A DNA stretch of 64,000 bases from Torpedo marmorata (taxonomy: Eukaryota). Below the pieces are notes generated by a model. The model searched no databases. It was not told the origin of the DNA and saw only the letters and a program-made list of their open reading frames with translations. Below, one piece after another: positions 61,249-64,000 of this stretch. The stretch's first letter is position 1, and each line of letters opens with the position of its first letter. The position numbers and the translations under genes were made by a program. The stretch covers positions 28,024,001 through 28,088,000 of the forward strand of contig OZ360223.1 in NCBI GenBank assembly GCA_977017645.1. The letters are read 5' to 3'.

Positions 61249-62846
61249 CAGTGCCCTCCATAATGTTTGGGACAAAGACTAATTTGGTTTCCTTTATTTG
61301 CCCCTGTGCTTCACAGTTTTAAATTTGTAATCAAACAATTCACATGTGATTAAAGTGCACATTCCAGATTTTATTCAAGGTTATTTGTATACATTTTGGT
61401 TTGACCATGTAGGAATTACAGCACTTTTTATACATAGTCCCCTCATTTCAGGGCACCATAATGTTTGGGATATTTGGCTTCACAGGTGTTTGTGATTACT
61501 CAGGTCCGTTTAATTGCTTCATTGGTGCAGGTAGAAGAGAGCTAGGCTGGCTTTTAAGCTTTTGATCACCTTTGGAGTCTGTAGTTGCCATTTTTCAACA
61601 CGAGGACCAGAGTTGTGCCAATGAAAGTCAAAGAAACCATTATGAGGCTGAAAAACAGGAATAAAACAGTGCCCAAATTACTTGGAACGTTATTAAGAAG
61701 AGAGCATTAGATTAGATTAGATTAGATACACTTTATTGTCATTGTACCAGTTCAAAGCAAACCAATGAGATACAATTAGCATCCAACCAGAAGTTTAAAA
61801 AAATAGTGCTATATACATCACAAGTAAAACATGTGCAATTAAAACCAACAAACCTATTCAACAAACAAACTATTATAAAAGTACTGATATTACAATATGA
61901 GTGCAGTACCACTCAGCGCTGGTGAGCTCAGTAATCTCAAAGGGACTAGTAGGCCAAGGAGAACTCCACTGCTGATGACAAAAGAATTCTCATCATAATG
62001 AAAAAAAGTCCCCAAACGGCTGTCCGACAGATCAGAAACACTCTTCAGGAGGTAGGTGCAGATGTGCCAATGACTACTGTCCGCAGAAGACTTCATGAAC
62101 AGAAATACAGAGGCTACACTGCAAGATGCAAACCACTAATTAGCCACAGAAACAGGATGGCCAGATTACAGTTTGCCAAGAAGTATTTAAAAGACCCTGC
62201 AGAATTCTGGAGAAAGGTCTTGTGGACAGATGAGACCAAGATTAACCAACATCAGAGTGATGGCAATAGCAAAGGGTGAGGCGTAAAGGAACTGCCCAAG
62301 ATCCAAAGCATGCCACATCATCTGTGAAACATGGTGGTGGGGGTGTTATGGCCTGGGCATGTATGTCTTGCCACAGGTACTGGCGCACTTAATTGATGAT
62401 ATAACTGCTGATGGTAGTAGAAAAATTAATTCTGAAGTGTATAGAAACATCTTATCTGCTCTAATTTGAGCAAATGCCTTCAAACTCATTGGACAGTAGA
62501 GGCCTGGCAGAGCATCACAAGAGAAGATACTCAGCACCTGGTGATGTCTATGAATCACAGACTTCAAGCAGTTATTGTGTGCAAGTACAAAACATGACTA
62601 CTTTAATGTACACACCATTGCTATGTCCCAAATATTATGGTGCACTGAAATGAGGGGACTATGTATAAATAGTGCTGTAATTTCTACATGGTCAAACCAA
62701 AATGTACACAAATAGCCTTTAATAAAATTTGGAATATACACTTTAATCACATGTGAATTGTTTGATTACAAATTTAAAACTGTGGAGCACAGGGCCAAAT
62801 AAAGGAAAAAAGTGTGTCTTTGTCCCAAATATTATGGAGATTACTG
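61249..62846 (+). mobile_element. Tc1-like DNA transposon, IR/DR type, inactive transposase; small retroposon tail inserted at ~61707-61905
   Basis: TA-CAGTG start, ~220-bp inverted termini with internal direct repeats (CATAATGTTTGGGA); TTVRRRLHEQ..ARCKPL..RLQFAKKYL..VLWTDETKIN, VKHGGG. Confidence 0.92.
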
Positions 62847-63431
62847 CACATCCTGTGTACTGGTCATGGTTTCTAAGAAACAGGCAGAACAGCCACTTCA
62901 TTTCATTCTGCAACCTTGCTTACTTAGAATCACATATCATAATTTCGGATGGAGGAACTGCTAAGGATTGTAATGGCAGAGTAAGCAGGGAAGAACAATC
63001 CTTGCATAGAATTCAATTTGTTTGGCTGGAACAACACAGTAGCTCTGGCACTAGCCAAATTAATTTGATATCCCATTTTATGCTGCAGCCAGGCAATTAC
63101 CAGTATTTTTAATGGAAAACCATTCCTCACTGTCCTGCAACAATCAGGGTCTGTTCTTGAGCACGTTGAAAGGACAAGTATGACATTAATATCTTTTCTA
63201 GGTGATGTGGGGAGTGGTCTGCAAAAAAGTGTTTCATTAGTCAAAGACAGGTACCAAGAAAGTCAAGAGAGTAATGATGAAAATTTGTAATTTGAGGATT
63301 TAATAAGAGTACATTAGAGTGTCCCCTCTGTAGCTGGTGCAAGATTGCTTCCTTTTAGTTGCACAGATGACCTCTGTGATCCACATGAGTTTCTCTTGCC
63401 CTAAATGGCTTGGCTTCTAACAGCCTTTCAC

Positions 63432-64000
63432 ATTCAATTCAATGAGAGAAGTTAATGAAGTTCTTACTTCTTTAAAGAGTGGTAAATCTCCAGGTGAAGA
63501 CGGATTTCCATCAGAATTTTACAAAGAGTTTAAAGATTTATTAATACCTCCATATATGGATGTATTGAATCAAATTACGGAAACCCACTCATTACCAGAT
63601 ACTTTCTTAAATGCAATAATTACAGTCATACCAAAAAAAGATAGAGATGTATTGAAAACTGAATTATATAGACCTATATCATTGTTAAATGTAGATTATA
63701 AAATAATGGCAAAAATTTTGACAAATAGATTAGCTAAGTATTTACCGATTTTAATACATTCAGATCAAGCAGGATTTATTAAAAATAGATATTCAAAAGA
63801 TAATATAGCAAGATTAATAAGTTTAATTAACTTGCAAAAAAGGAAACAAGATTTGCCATTGGTGATAACATTAGACGCGGAAAAAGCATTTGATAGATTA
63901 GAATGGAATTTTTTATTTAAGGTTTTAGAGAAATATGGATTTGGGAATACTTTTATAAATTGGATTAAAACTATATATAAAGAACCTACAGCTAGAGTAA
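63432..64000 (+). mobile_element. 5'-truncated L1-clade LINE ORF2 (RT), open to the window end
   Basis: KSPGEDGFPSEFYKEF, YRPISLLNVDYKI, LDAEKAFDRLEW with no stop to 64000. Confidence 0.92.

Overview
Eukaryotic, repeat-saturated intronic DNA. The repeat complement (CR1/HER1-like LINEs, HE1/V-SINEs, Penelope-like elements, Rex1/Babar LINEs) points to a cartilaginous fish, probably a ray or shark (inference). The host gene is CFAP20DC (C3orf67) on the + strand, with three internal coding exons at 19809-19923, 23803-23959 and 29695-29859. Most of the remainder is nested transposable elements: four Gypsy LTR retrotransposons, a solo LTR, CR1, L1/Tx1 and Rex1 LINEs, Penelope-like elements with minimal hammerhead ribozyme motifs, tRNA- and 5S-derived SINEs, and Tc1, pogo-like and hAT DNA transposons. 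Most notable observations: (i) a very young Gypsy element with no tRNA primer site, whose leader is perfectly complementary to its own LTR (candidate self-priming); (ii) about 4 kb of TE-fragmented, coding-like antisense sequence in the long intron after the third exon (candidate decayed nested gene); (iii) a 5S rRNA-headed SINE with a Rex1-type tail; (iv) a palindromic, hammerhead-only Penelope mini-element. All calls come from reading the sequence by eye; no database searches were run, and degraded-repeat boundaries are approximate.
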